From positions 1-12,711 of the forward strand of contig JAQVDW010000039.1 in the NCBI GenBank assembly GCA_028698185.1: DNA of 12,711 bases. Direction: 5' to 3'. This DNA comes from Erysipelotrichaceae bacterium (GTDB lineage: Bacteria; Bacillota_I; Bacilli_A; Erysipelotrichales; Coprobacillaceae). Below the pieces are notes generated by a model, which was given only the letters and a program-made list of their open reading frames with translations, was not told the DNA's origin and did not search any database. Position numbers and translations under genes: made by a program. Below are positions 1 through 6,992 of this stretch, in pieces. Every line of letters starts with the position of its first letter. Positions within the stretch are counted from its first letter, which is position 1.

Positions 1-49
1 CATCGTTGTTTAAAGCATCTATGTCATTCTTGATTTTATCTAATTCCAT
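1..49 (-). CDS. 5' end of an unidentified gene that runs out of the window (MELDKIKNDIDALNND...)
   Basis: Minus-strand ATG at 49..47, preceded by a GAGGTG SD (complement of 58-63) with an 8-nt spacer. The frame is open to the window edge. Only 16 codons are visible, so no family call is possible. Confidence 0.35.
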   Translation of the reverse strand, partial: MELDKIKNDIDALNND

Positions 50-167
50 GGTTATCCCACCTCTTTTTCATTATACACCTATTTTCATAGGAAAAGTCGA
101 TAAACATCGTTATGGGCTAACATAGCCAAAAATTTGCCGTCTATTGCATTTTGTTGCAAAAGTTTAA

Positions 168-194
168 GTTAATTTAACAATTCCATAGTATAAT
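168..194 (+). promoter_or_regulatory. Putative promoter region of the KAP operon: TATAAT -10 box (189-194) with palindrome GTTAATTTAAC (168-178) where a -35 would lie
   Basis: A perfect TATAAT lies about 70 nt upstream of the first ATG. There is no good TTGACA-like -35 at 16-18 nt. An 11-nt palindrome occupies that position, and a TCAACC/GGTTGA hairpin (211-229) sits in the presumed leader. Confidence 0.3.
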
Positions 195-264
195 ATCAGT
201 AGATATTTGATCAACCTTGTATGGGTTGAAGGTTTTCCATTAATCATAATATGAAGGAGTATCT

Positions 265-618
265 ATGGAACAGCAGCGTTACAAAGAATTATTGGAAATA
301 TTGAGTGATGCCTCGCGGAATGTGGCCGATCATATCGCAGCCAAAAATGAGCTGATGTTGTGGTATCAAGGGGTCCTTGAAAGCCATCCGGTCCTCAAAG
401 ATGACTTTGATCATGACAACCTCAAAGCCGTCCTGGAACAAAAGATGCAGGGGGCAAGGGTAATCGATATCGAGGGCGACATCATCGATGTCTCGCTGGA
501 ACGGTTGCTCGAGGATGCAATCGAATATTACAGCTCCCTTATGGCTTATCCCGAAGTGTATATCATGAACACTCCAATCGAACAGCTTTATCAGGATGTT
601 TATCTCTACGACAATTGA
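265..618 (+). CDS. Hypothetical acidic protein, 117 aa, no recognisable family
   Basis: ATG at 265 is preceded by an AAGGAG SD (254-259) with a 5-nt spacer. It is the first gene of a tightly spaced same-strand trio. The sequence is D/E-rich with helix-like heptad character. I recognise no motif. Confidence 0.6.
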   Translation: MEQQRYKELLEILSDASRNVADHIAAKNELMLWYQGVLESHPVLKDDFDHDNLKAVLEQKMQGARVIDIEGDIIDVSLERLLEDAIEYYSSLMAYPEVYIMNTPIEQLYQDVYLYDN

Positions 619-637
619 AAGATATGAGGTGAGACTT

Positions 638-817
638 ATGGATGATTATGAAGGTTTCGATCTCGACATCGATGAAAGCAGCGAAGATTTCAACGGTGAT
701 GATGATGATGATGACCGCGACTATGATGATGAAGTCAGCGATGAGTTTGGCGGTATGAACGACAGTTTCGACGAACTGCTTTATTATGAGTTCATCAGTG
801 ACATAATTGACAAATAA
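638..817 (+). CDS. Hyper-acidic small protein, 59 aa (27 D/E, 2 K/R; contains DDDDDD)
   Basis: I chose the internal ATG at 638 of track ORF 596-817 because a GAGGTG SD (626-631) lies 6 nt upstream. It starts 19 nt after the stop of the preceding gene and ends 16 nt before the KAP start. The low-complexity composition lowers coding certainty. Confidence 0.5.
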   Translation: MDDYEGFDLDIDESSEDFNGDDDDDDRDYDDEVSDEFGGMNDSFDELLYYEFISDIIDK

Positions 818-833
818 GAAACGGGGTGGATTT

Positions 834-2195
834 ATGGGTTCGAAAGAAAGGGACATCGGCCTGGACAATGAATTGGAAAACGACAATCTCCACCACCGGG
901 AATTCCTTGAGCATCTTACCGGGCTTGCGCTCAACCTGGCCAAAAACAGGCTGACTGGTTTCTCCAAGGTCTTCATCGACGCTCCCTGGGGTTATGGGAA
1001 AAGTTCGTTTCTCGCCCAGTTGGGTCATATTGTCAACGGCCGCTATCTTAACAACGAACCCGGGGTTGTTACAATCCTTAAAGGGCAGGATGAAAGGAAT
1101 GTCATCCACCGGATGTCGGCTTTTGGTTTCGACGCTTGTCAGCTCGACGTTTTGAACCTGCCTGAATACGAAATGGTCCTGGAAATCGTCGCGGGGGTTT
1201 CGAAGGAGCTGGGCTTTAGCGTGCATATTGACATGCTCGAGAAGACGGCCCAGGATCTAGGCCGGGTGATCACGCTGATCCAGGAAGGCCGATTCGTTCC
1301 CGAAGTGCTCAAAAGCCCGCTCCACAGCGTCAATCTCTACTCCGATGTGCTGACGGGTCGCAATATCAAATCAAGACTGAACCAGGTCATTGACGAGCTG
1401 GCGGCCTTGAACGAATGTCCTTTGTATGTGGTGATCATCGATGACATCGACCGGTGTGCGCCAGCCAAGGCAGTGCGCCTGTTGGATTTCTGCGACCTTT
1501 TCAAGGACAATCCCCACCTGCTGTTCGTGTTCGCGGGTGACCGGAGTGTCCTGGGGGCGAATATCAAGACCATTTTCGGTTCTGATTTTCCCGCCAACGA
1601 CTATCTCGACCGCCATTTTCAAGCCAGCTACAGGCTTCCAGAGCCGCCAATTGCGGGATATTGCGCCCATCTTTACGGGCTTAGGGGAAGCGCTGACCCG
1701 CTGGCCATTGCGGCGACCGTCGCGTTGGCAACCCGTCACCGCCTTGATTTGAAACAGACCCGGCACCTTGTCAATGATCTTGACATGCTCGATGCGTTCA
1801 TGCCCGATGGCCACCAGGCCGGGCCGGGATTCGTATTTGCCAAACATTTCCTGGCGGTTTGGGCCCTGACTCTCAAACACAAGAACGTTGATGAGCTCAA
1901 GACCATCATGTCGGGCCAAGGCGCCAAAAAGGATATCGAAGACATCCTGGGCAATCACAAAGAATACGCGTCATTGTTGAAATCCCGGTGCGGTTTGGCC
2001 GACAAATCGGTTGAAGATTTCAGCAAACTGGCGGATGGGTGGTACCGGGCGCTTATTGCCGGCCTGGCTGAAATGAAACTGTATCGGTCGCTTTTTGGCG
2101 AGGCAATCTTTGACGAAAAACAAGACGAGGTTGAACCGGTTCATTTTGCCGGATTTGACGGTTCGGTTTTTCTAAGAATCATGGCAACGAAATGA
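834..2195 (+). CDS. KAP-family P-loop NTPase (soluble variant, 453 aa)
   Basis: Walker A context FIDAPWGYGKSSFLAQL. Walker B context LYVVIIDDIDRCAPAKAVRLLD. Downstream sequence FVFAGDRSVL...DYLDRHFQASYRLP. All three match the KAP (PF07693-type) signature pattern as I remember it. The start is set at ATG 834 (GGGGTGGA SD at 823-830). The track start at 807 is a TTG that overlaps the upstream gene. Confidence 0.85.
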   Translation: MGSKERDIGLDNELENDNLHHREFLEHLTGLALNLAKNRLTGFSKVFIDAPWGYGKSSFLAQLGHIVNGRYLNNEPGVVTILKGQDERNVIHRMSAFGFDACQLDVLNLPEYEMVLEIVAGVSKELGFSVHIDMLEKTAQDLGRVITLIQEGRFVPEVLKSPLHSVNLYSDVLTGRNIKSRLNQVIDELAALNECPLYVVIIDDIDRCAPAKAVRLLDFCDLFKDNPHLLFVFAGDRSVLGANIKTIFGSDFPANDYLDRHFQASYRLPEPPIAGYCAHLYGLRGSADPLAIAATVALATRHRLDLKQTRHLVNDLDMLDAFMPDGHQAGPGFVFAKHFLAVWALTLKHKNVDELKTIMSGQGAKKDIEDILGNHKEYASLLKSRCGLADKSVEDFSKLADGWYRALIAGLAEMKLYRSLFGEAIFDEKQDEVEPVHFAGFDGSVFLRIMATK

Positions 2196-2196
2196 A

Positions 2197-2240
2197 AAAA
2201 GATCAGCTTCAAGGACTTGGGTACTTGAAGCTGATCTTTT
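2197..2240. terminator. Bidirectional rho-independent terminator between the KAP gene and the serpin
   Basis: AAGATCAGCTTCAAG (2199-2213) pairs perfectly with CTTGAAGCTGATCTT (2224-2238). An A-run lies on one side and a T-run on the other. The hairpin sits between two convergent stop codons. Confidence 0.75.
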
Positions 2241-2245
2241 CGTGT

Positions 2246-3499
2246 TCAAAGGCTGTTTACAGCCCCGATGAAAACAGGAACTTCCTGTTGGAAATCGTAA
2301 ATCATGTAGACAAACGGCCGGTCGAGAACGACTTTCTTCTCGTTGTCGATGGCGGCCGAATCAACAATTTCCACGATGGTCACGGCGCCGGCCTTGGTGC
2401 CGATCTCATTCAATTCGATCGCACAGTTGTGCAGGACCCGGTAGATAAACAGGGCCCCAGAAGCGGTAGTCGCCATTTTGGAAAAGTCGGCGATCTCGCT
2501 AAAGGCGTCCACCATGCCAAGGCTTGAAAGCAACCCGCTGAGTTCCTTTTTGTAGCCGTATTTGAATTTCGGGGTCGCGGTGGTCACCGGCAGCGCTTGG
2601 GGATTGGTGATAAGGTCATGGAGTTTCGCTCCGTCAAGTTCGCCAAGGAAAGTCGCGACGTCGGTCTTTGGCAGCAGGGCCACAAAACCGTAGCGTTCAT
2701 CCTTGTACTTCTTGACAAATCCTGTTAGCGATTCGTCTTCGAGGTAGAGGCTTTCATTGCCGTGGAGGAATTCGACTTCGCTTGTGGTGCCGTTGGCATT
2801 GGTGAAGTTGCCTTTGTAAACCATGTCGCTGGTATACTCGCTGGCCCACTGGCTTTCAAACAGGACCGTATTGATCAGATACATCACGGCCTCCAGTGGA
2901 ACCTTGTCAAGGGCTTTTTTGATCATGCCTTTGGTATGGTAGTCGATGTAGTTGTTGATGTCGTCAAGGGTGGACTGGTCAAACGGTGCCAGGTAGCCAT
3001 CGGCCCGGTAGTAGGAAGCGTTGGTCTTCAAAAATTCGGGGTTGATTGTGATCCGGTCCTGGTCGTCGCGGATCCAGATGGAATTGCTTATTTGCAGGAT
3101 CGTTTCATCGTCCAGGGAATCCAGGTAGTTTTTAAGGTCGTTGTTCAGCCGGGAAACCGGCATGTCGAGCAGCAGCTTTTCCATCTGGACGAGGGTATTG
3201 TTCGCCGCGCCGTTTTCGCACATGGCCAAGGCCAGGACGATCGACAGGGGACTGATCAGGATGTTTTCCTGGTCGGTATAAGTGTTTTTGAAAATGTCGG
3301 CGGAGAGGGTGGTGAAGCCCGGTCCGAAAGTCTCGCTGGTGGGATCCGTGGTCACGGTATCGGCTTCGACGCCCGCCATCAAGTCGGTGGCGCTTATGTT
3401 AAGGGTGGGGATGTTGTCCTTGGTGAAATAGTTGAACACAAACACAAAGACCATAATCGCACCAAGCAATCCGATGAATATTTTAGCTGTCGGTTTCAT
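2246..3499 (-). CDS. Serpin-family serine protease inhibitor with an N-terminal signal/anchor helix (417 aa)
   Basis: Serpin-like blocks are present: ENILISPLSIVLALAMCENGAANNTLVQM; the hinge and reactive-centre loop NEIGTKAGAVTIVEIVDSAA; and the C-terminal VLDRPFVYMIYD...PVFIGAVNSL. The N-terminus MKPTAKIFIGLLGAIMVFVFVFNYF is hydrophobic. A GAGGTG SD (complement of 3505-3510) lies 5 nt before the ATG. Confidence 0.9.
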   Translation of the reverse strand: MKPTAKIFIGLLGAIMVFVFVFNYFTKDNIPTLNISATDLMAGVEADTVTTDPTSETFGPGFTTLSADIFKNTYTDQENILISPLSIVLALAMCENGAANNTLVQMEKLLLDMPVSRLNNDLKNYLDSLDDETILQISNSIWIRDDQDRITINPEFLKTNASYYRADGYLAPFDQSTLDDINNYIDYHTKGMIKKALDKVPLEAVMYLINTVLFESQWASEYTSDMVYKGNFTNANGTTSEVEFLHGNESLYLEDESLTGFVKKYKDERYGFVALLPKTDVATFLGELDGAKLHDLITNPQALPVTTATPKFKYGYKKELSGLLSSLGMVDAFSEIADFSKMATTASGALFIYRVLHNCAIELNEIGTKAGAVTIVEIVDSAAIDNEKKVVLDRPFVYMIYDFQQEVPVFIGAVNSL

Positions 3500-3545
3500 T
3501 TTATCACCTCGTATTTCAAACAGCTTTTCCCATCTATCTGACTAG

Positions 3546-3554
3546 ATTATAACA
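3546..3554 (-). promoter_or_regulatory. Putative extended -10 (TGTTATAAT) for the serpin gene
   Basis: The reverse complement of 3546-3554 reads TGTTATAAT, about 45 nt upstream of the serpin ATG. I found no convincing -35. Confidence 0.35.
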
Positions 3555-3584
3555 CATAAGGTTTCCAATAGATATCAAAAGTTG

Positions 3585-3613
3585 TTTACTTGGCCGGCCA
3601 AAAATGTTAGAAT
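3585..3613 (+). promoter_or_regulatory. Putative sigma-70/SigA-type promoter for the COG2426 gene
   Basis: TTTACT (3585-3590), a 17-nt spacer, then extended -10 TGTTAGAAT (3605-3613). It lies about 30 nt upstream of the start codon. Confidence 0.4.
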
Positions 3614-3646
3614 TTCAGGGAATGTTATCGGAATATGAGGTGCAAT

Positions 3647-4147
3647 ATGAGTGGAATTTTTCAATGGTTTATAGCTACTTTTGGCGGCATTTTATCGAAG
3701 GAAATGATTGTTTTTATGGTGTCGATAACCCCGATTCTTGAATGCCGGGGTGGTCTGGTTGTCGCCTCTTATCTTGGGGTCGACCTGGTTACGGCCATGG
3801 CCATTTCGATTCTGGGCAATATCGCGGTGGTGCCGTTCATCCTGCTTTTCATCAAGAGGCTTTTTGGTTTCTTGAAGCGTTTCTCCCTTTTCAGGGGGCT
3901 GATTGAAAAGCTCGAGGCCCGGGCGCTCCACAAGAGCAAGGACCTCGACAAGGGCGAATTCATCGGGCTGTTTCTTTTCGTGGGAATCCCGCTGCCAGGG
4001 ACCGGGGCCTACACCGGAACGCTGATTGCTTCCCTGCTCGAGATGGATGTCAAGAAAGCTTCGATTGCCATCGTCTTAGGTGTGATCATGGCTTCGACCC
4101 TGATGGCGATATTCTCATATGGCCTGTTGAATTATTTGTTTTTCTGA
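3647..4147 (+). CDS. COG2426 / Sm_multidrug_ex-type small integral membrane protein ('putative small multidrug export protein' family)
   Basis: Four or more hydrophobic helices. Family-like motifs ITPILECRGGLVVA and GIPLPGTGAYTGTLIASLL. The start is taken at ATG 3647 after a GAGGTG SD (3637-3642); ATG 3635 is an alternative. Confidence 0.75.
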   Translation: MSGIFQWFIATFGGILSKEMIVFMVSITPILECRGGLVVASYLGVDLVTAMAISILGNIAVVPFILLFIKRLFGFLKRFSLFRGLIEKLEARALHKSKDLDKGEFIGLFLFVGIPLPGTGAYTGTLIASLLEMDVKKASIAIVLGVIMASTLMAIFSYGLLNYLFF

Positions 4148-4152
4148 TTGGT

Positions 4153-4180
4153 AAAAAAATGGCTGGTTTCGGCCATTTTT
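4153..4180 (+). terminator. Rho-independent terminator after the COG2426 gene
   Basis: AAAAAAATGGC ... GCCATTTTT hairpin with a trailing T-run, immediately after the stop at 4147. Confidence 0.5.
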
Positions 4181-4208
4181 GTCTATAATTGGATAAGGAG
4201 GAATCACT

Positions 4209-4703
4209 ATGAAATTTGTCAGAATCGCCTTTGGCGACAGCCAGGGCATCGTCAGGCTGTCGGCTTTGGCCTGCTCGATTGTCAAGGAATACTATGATGG
4301 GCTTTTGGGCGCTGCCCAGAACGATTACATGATCGAAAAGTTCCAATCGGTCCCGGCGATCACCGCCCAGCTGGAAAATGGGTATCAGTACTACATCATC
4401 GAACAGGACGGGATCCCGGTGGGCTTTGTGGGCTTCTATCCGACTGGAAAAGGGATGTATTTGAGCAAGTTTTACCTTGATGGCAGTGTCCGGGGACAGG
4501 GCCTGGGTAAAGCGGCCTTGGCTTTTATAATCGAGAAGACCAAAGCGGCGCAAATGCAACGCATCTATCTTAACGTAAACAAATACAACGAGTCGATCAA
4601 AGCCTATGAGAAGATGGGCTTTGTGCGCATCGGGGATGAGGTCAACGACATTGGCAATGGCTATGTCATGGATGACTATGTCTACGAATACGCCATCAAT
4701 TGA
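4209..4703 (+). CDS. GNAT-family N-acetyltransferase (164 aa)
   Basis: Acetyl-CoA binding motif A-like VRGQGLGKAALAFIIEK, then NESIKAYEKMGF near the C-terminus. AAGGAGG SD (4195-4201) with a 7-nt spacer. Confidence 0.85.
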   Translation: MKFVRIAFGDSQGIVRLSALACSIVKEYYDGLLGAAQNDYMIEKFQSVPAITAQLENGYQYYIIEQDGIPVGFVGFYPTGKGMYLSKFYLDGSVRGQGLGKAALAFIIEKTKAAQMQRIYLNVNKYNESIKAYEKMGFVRIGDEVNDIGNGYVMDDYVYEYAIN

Positions 4704-4711
4704 TGACCGTT

Positions 4712-4742
4712 GTCAAGAAAGAAAAAGTTCCGCTTTAAAACG
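4712..4742. terminator. Bidirectional terminator between GNAT and the XRE regulator
   Basis: AAAAAGTTCCG (4712-4722) pairs with CGGAACTTTTTT (4731-4742) across an 8-nt loop. It lies between convergent genes. Confidence 0.7.
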
Positions 4743-4772
4743 GAACTTTTTTGCTTGAATAATCATTTGTTT

Positions 4773-5477
4773 CTAGGTGACGCTAAACATGTTGTAAAGT
4801 TTCAAAAGCCGGATATCCTCTTTGGAGATCTTGAGCCGTAAAAGCAGCTGGGCATCTTCGACCAGCCGCTCTTTGGACAGCAGCATCTTGGTGGCCACAG
4901 GCATCATCGGCCGGGATGAAAAACCATTGAACAGCCCCCATTTGACCGGGGCGTCCAAAAACGGTGCGAGTACCTGGATGCTTGCCTTTTCCATGGGCGA
5001 ATCCTGGTTGGTCAAAAAGATATTGGTGATGGCATCGTAGTGTTCCATATGGCCGGAGTAGGTGTTTTCGCAGTTCTGGTAGGTGTCGAATTCGCTGATG
5101 TTCATGTACATGAGCACCTTGTAGCTGTTGGCGCCGTTGTCGTCGATGACGATAAACAGGCAGCGAATAAGGGTGTTGGCCCGGCCGTCATAAAAGTAGC
5201 CGTAGAAACGGCTGACGTTCTTGAAAAAAGCCGGCAGCGGATGATCTTTGGCGACTGGCGCCGGTTTGGGATAATAAAGCAGCTTGTCGATTGAGACATC
5301 CAGGGCGGCGGCGATGTCATAAAGCGTCTCCAGGTCGAGGGTGATCTCGCCATTTTCATATTTGGACATAGCCGATTTGCTTTTGTGGATGAGCTTAGCT
5401 AGCTGGGCTAGCGTCAGCTGGCGCAACTTGCGGTAAGCCCGGATATTGTGGCCCACTTCCTGTTTGATGTTCTCCAT
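4773..5477 (-). CDS. XRE-family helix-turn-helix transcriptional regulator with an uncharacterised ~165-aa C-terminal domain
   Basis: The N-terminus VGHNIRAYRKLRQLTLAQLAKLIHKSKSAMSKYENGEITLDLETLYDIAAALDVSIDKLL is a typical Cro/C1 (HTH_3) pattern. The start is set at the internal ATG 5477 (MENIKQE...) because a GGAGGG SD lies 6 nt upstream. The track start at 5543 has no SD. Confidence 0.8.
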   Translation of the reverse strand: MENIKQEVGHNIRAYRKLRQLTLAQLAKLIHKSKSAMSKYENGEITLDLETLYDIAAALDVSIDKLLYYPKPAPVAKDHPLPAFFKNVSRFYGYFYDGRANTLIRCLFIVIDDNGANSYKVLMYMNISEFDTYQNCENTYSGHMEHYDAITNIFLTNQDSPMEKASIQVLAPFLDAPVKWGLFNGFSSRPMMPVATKMLLSKERLVEDAQLLLRLKISKEDIRLLKLYNMFSVT

Positions 5478-5632
5478 TTGCTGCCCTCCCTGGGTTTCCT
5501 TAAAATCCACAAACGGTTGAATTTTTCCGATTGGGAATGTCACTTCATAAAATATAGCACATAACCACCCAAAAATCCACTATCAGGAAACAAATTTCAA
5601 TTATGGTTTCATCCAAGGAAACTTGGGGCGCT

Positions 5633-5661
5633 TTGTTTATATCCGCTGGTGCTGTTAAAAT
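5633..5661 (+). promoter_or_regulatory. Putative promoter for the PLP C-S lyase gene
   Basis: TTGTTT (5633-5638), a 17-nt spacer, then extended -10 TGTTAAAAT (5653-5661). Confidence 0.35.
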
Positions 5662-5703
5662 AGGGGCAGATCAAAAACAGCAAGTGAAGAAAAGGAGAAT
5701 GTT

Positions 5704-6903
5704 ATGTTTGGATTTGATGAAGTTATTGACAGAAGCAACACCAATGCGCTAAGCGTGGAAGGATATGGTGAATACCTTTTTGGTAAAAAGAGCTGCGGAC
5801 AACAATGCATTGATGACGGGCTGATCCGGATGTGGATCGCCGACATGGATTTTGCGACCCCGCATTTTGTGCTGGATGCGATAAAGGAGCGTCTGGATCG
5901 TAAAATCCTGGGGTACAGCATGATATTCGATCAGGACTACCATGAAGCTTTCAACAGCTGGCTCAAGAAACGCTGCGACTGGCAGGTCGAACCGGAGTAT
6001 CTGCAGCCTTCCCCCGGGATTGTTCCCGCCCTACACGATCTGGTGAGCCTGCTTACCAAAGAAGGCGACAAAATCCTGATCCTGACACCCTCATATGGCC
6101 CTTTTCAAAAGGCAGTCCAGGAATCAAACCGCAGGCTTGTCTGCAGTGACCTGATCGAGACGGATGGGAATTATACCATCAATTACGGACAAATCGAAAA
6201 GATCATCGAAGATCAAAGGGTGACTATGTTCATCTTCTGCCATCCCCACAATCCTACCGGTCGGCTCTGGAGCGAAGAAGAGCTTGTCGAGCTAGGAAAG
6301 ATGCTTGCCAGCAAGGATATCTGGATAATCAGCGACGAGATCCACTGCGACCTGCTGCGCAGCGGCAAAACCCACCTGCCCTTTAGTAAGGTCCTGCCCG
6401 GCTATTCGCGGATCATCACCTGCATGTCCCCCTCGAAAACATTCAACATGGCGGGAATGATGCTCGCGAACATAATCATCCCCGATCCCAAGGCCCGGGC
6501 CCTATGGCAAAAGAAAAACGGCGGGTTGGTAAATCCATTGGCGATCGCGGGGGTGAAGGCGGCCTACAGCCAGGGCGAGGATTACCTGGCCAGCCTGAAA
6601 AGCTATCTCGATGGCAATTTCGAGCTGCTTGACGCCTATTTGAAAGCCAATCTGCCTCAGGTTGGATTCACAATCCCGGAGGCAACCTATCTGGCGTGGC
6701 TTGATCTAAGCTTCTATCTTGATGGCACCAAGGGCGATATCGGACTGGAACTGGCCAACCAGGCGGGCATCCTGGTCGAAAGTGGCAGAATGTTTGTCCA
6801 AAACGGAGATAACCATATCCGGCTCAATCTCGCGGTGCCCCGGGAAGTCCTGGCGGCCGGATTGCAAAGACTGGGCAGTTATTTCAATAAAATTGCCAAA
6901 TAG
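5704..6903 (+). CDS. MalY/PatB-type PLP-dependent aminotransferase-fold C-S lyase (cystathionine beta-lyase-like), 399 aa
   Basis: N-terminal FDEVIDRSNTNALSVEGY. HPHNPTGRLW. The PLP-lysine block SPSKTFNMAGM. C-terminal IRLNLAVPREVL. These are characteristic of class I/II aminotransferases in the PatB/MalY subgroup. AAGGAG SD at 5692-5697. Confidence 0.9.
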   Translation: MFGFDEVIDRSNTNALSVEGYGEYLFGKKSCGQQCIDDGLIRMWIADMDFATPHFVLDAIKERLDRKILGYSMIFDQDYHEAFNSWLKKRCDWQVEPEYLQPSPGIVPALHDLVSLLTKEGDKILILTPSYGPFQKAVQESNRRLVCSDLIETDGNYTINYGQIEKIIEDQRVTMFIFCHPHNPTGRLWSEEELVELGKMLASKDIWIISDEIHCDLLRSGKTHLPFSKVLPGYSRIITCMSPSKTFNMAGMMLANIIIPDPKARALWQKKNGGLVNPLAIAGVKAAYSQGEDYLASLKSYLDGNFELLDAYLKANLPQVGFTIPEATYLAWLDLSFYLDGTKGDIGLELANQAGILVESGRMFVQNGDNHIRLNLAVPREVLAAGLQRLGSYFNKIAK

Positions 6904-6904
6904 C

Positions 6905-6932
6905 GAATCCGGGCAGGAAAGTCCGGATTTTT
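6905..6932 (+). terminator. Rho-independent terminator after the C-S lyase gene
   Basis: AATCCGG (6906-6912) pairs with CCGGATT (6923-6929), followed by TTTTT. Confidence 0.7.
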
Positions 6933-6949
6933 AAAATTTACGGGAATTG

Positions 6950-6981
6950 GTTATTGACATATGTTCAATATAATGTATACT
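6950..6981 (+). promoter_or_regulatory. Promoter P1 of the MBL-DUF5320-DUF134 operon with an embedded operator-like palindrome
   Basis: TTGACA (6954-6959), a 16-nt spacer, then TATACT (6976-6981). The 15-mer GTTATTGACATATGT (6950-6964) is identical to 9539-9553. The core ACATATGT (6957-6964) is self-complementary. Confidence 0.6.
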
Positions 6982-6992
6982 GAAGGTGTAAA

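Noticed and set aside
596-833. Longer start choices from the track (ATG 596 for the acidic protein, TTG 807 for the KAP NTPase)
   Set aside because: Both would overlap the upstream gene and lack an SD. The internal ATGs at 638 and 834 each have a well-spaced SD.
563-1958. Track ORFs overlapping the KAP operon on the opposite strand or in other frames (563-976, 795-1226, 1139-1333, 1337-1597, 1371-1958 and 1736-1954 minus; 1441-1752 plus)
   Set aside because: They lie entirely within or antisense to a gene with strong family motifs. They have no SD and have odd, low-complexity or Arg/Ser-rich composition. They are typical shadow ORFs of a GC-richer coding region.
2192-3541. Plus-strand ORFs 2192-2527 and 2762-3541
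   Set aside because: Both are antisense to the serpin gene, whose identity is unambiguous. The 259-aa ORF is Gly/Val/Asp-rich, as expected for an antisense translation. Neither has a start context.
5545-5703. Riboswitch or T-box leader upstream of the PatB/MalY-type gene
   Set aside because: I could not find S-box or T-box hallmark sequences, or a terminator/antiterminator pair. The space is adequately explained by two divergent promoters. It should still be scanned with covariance models.
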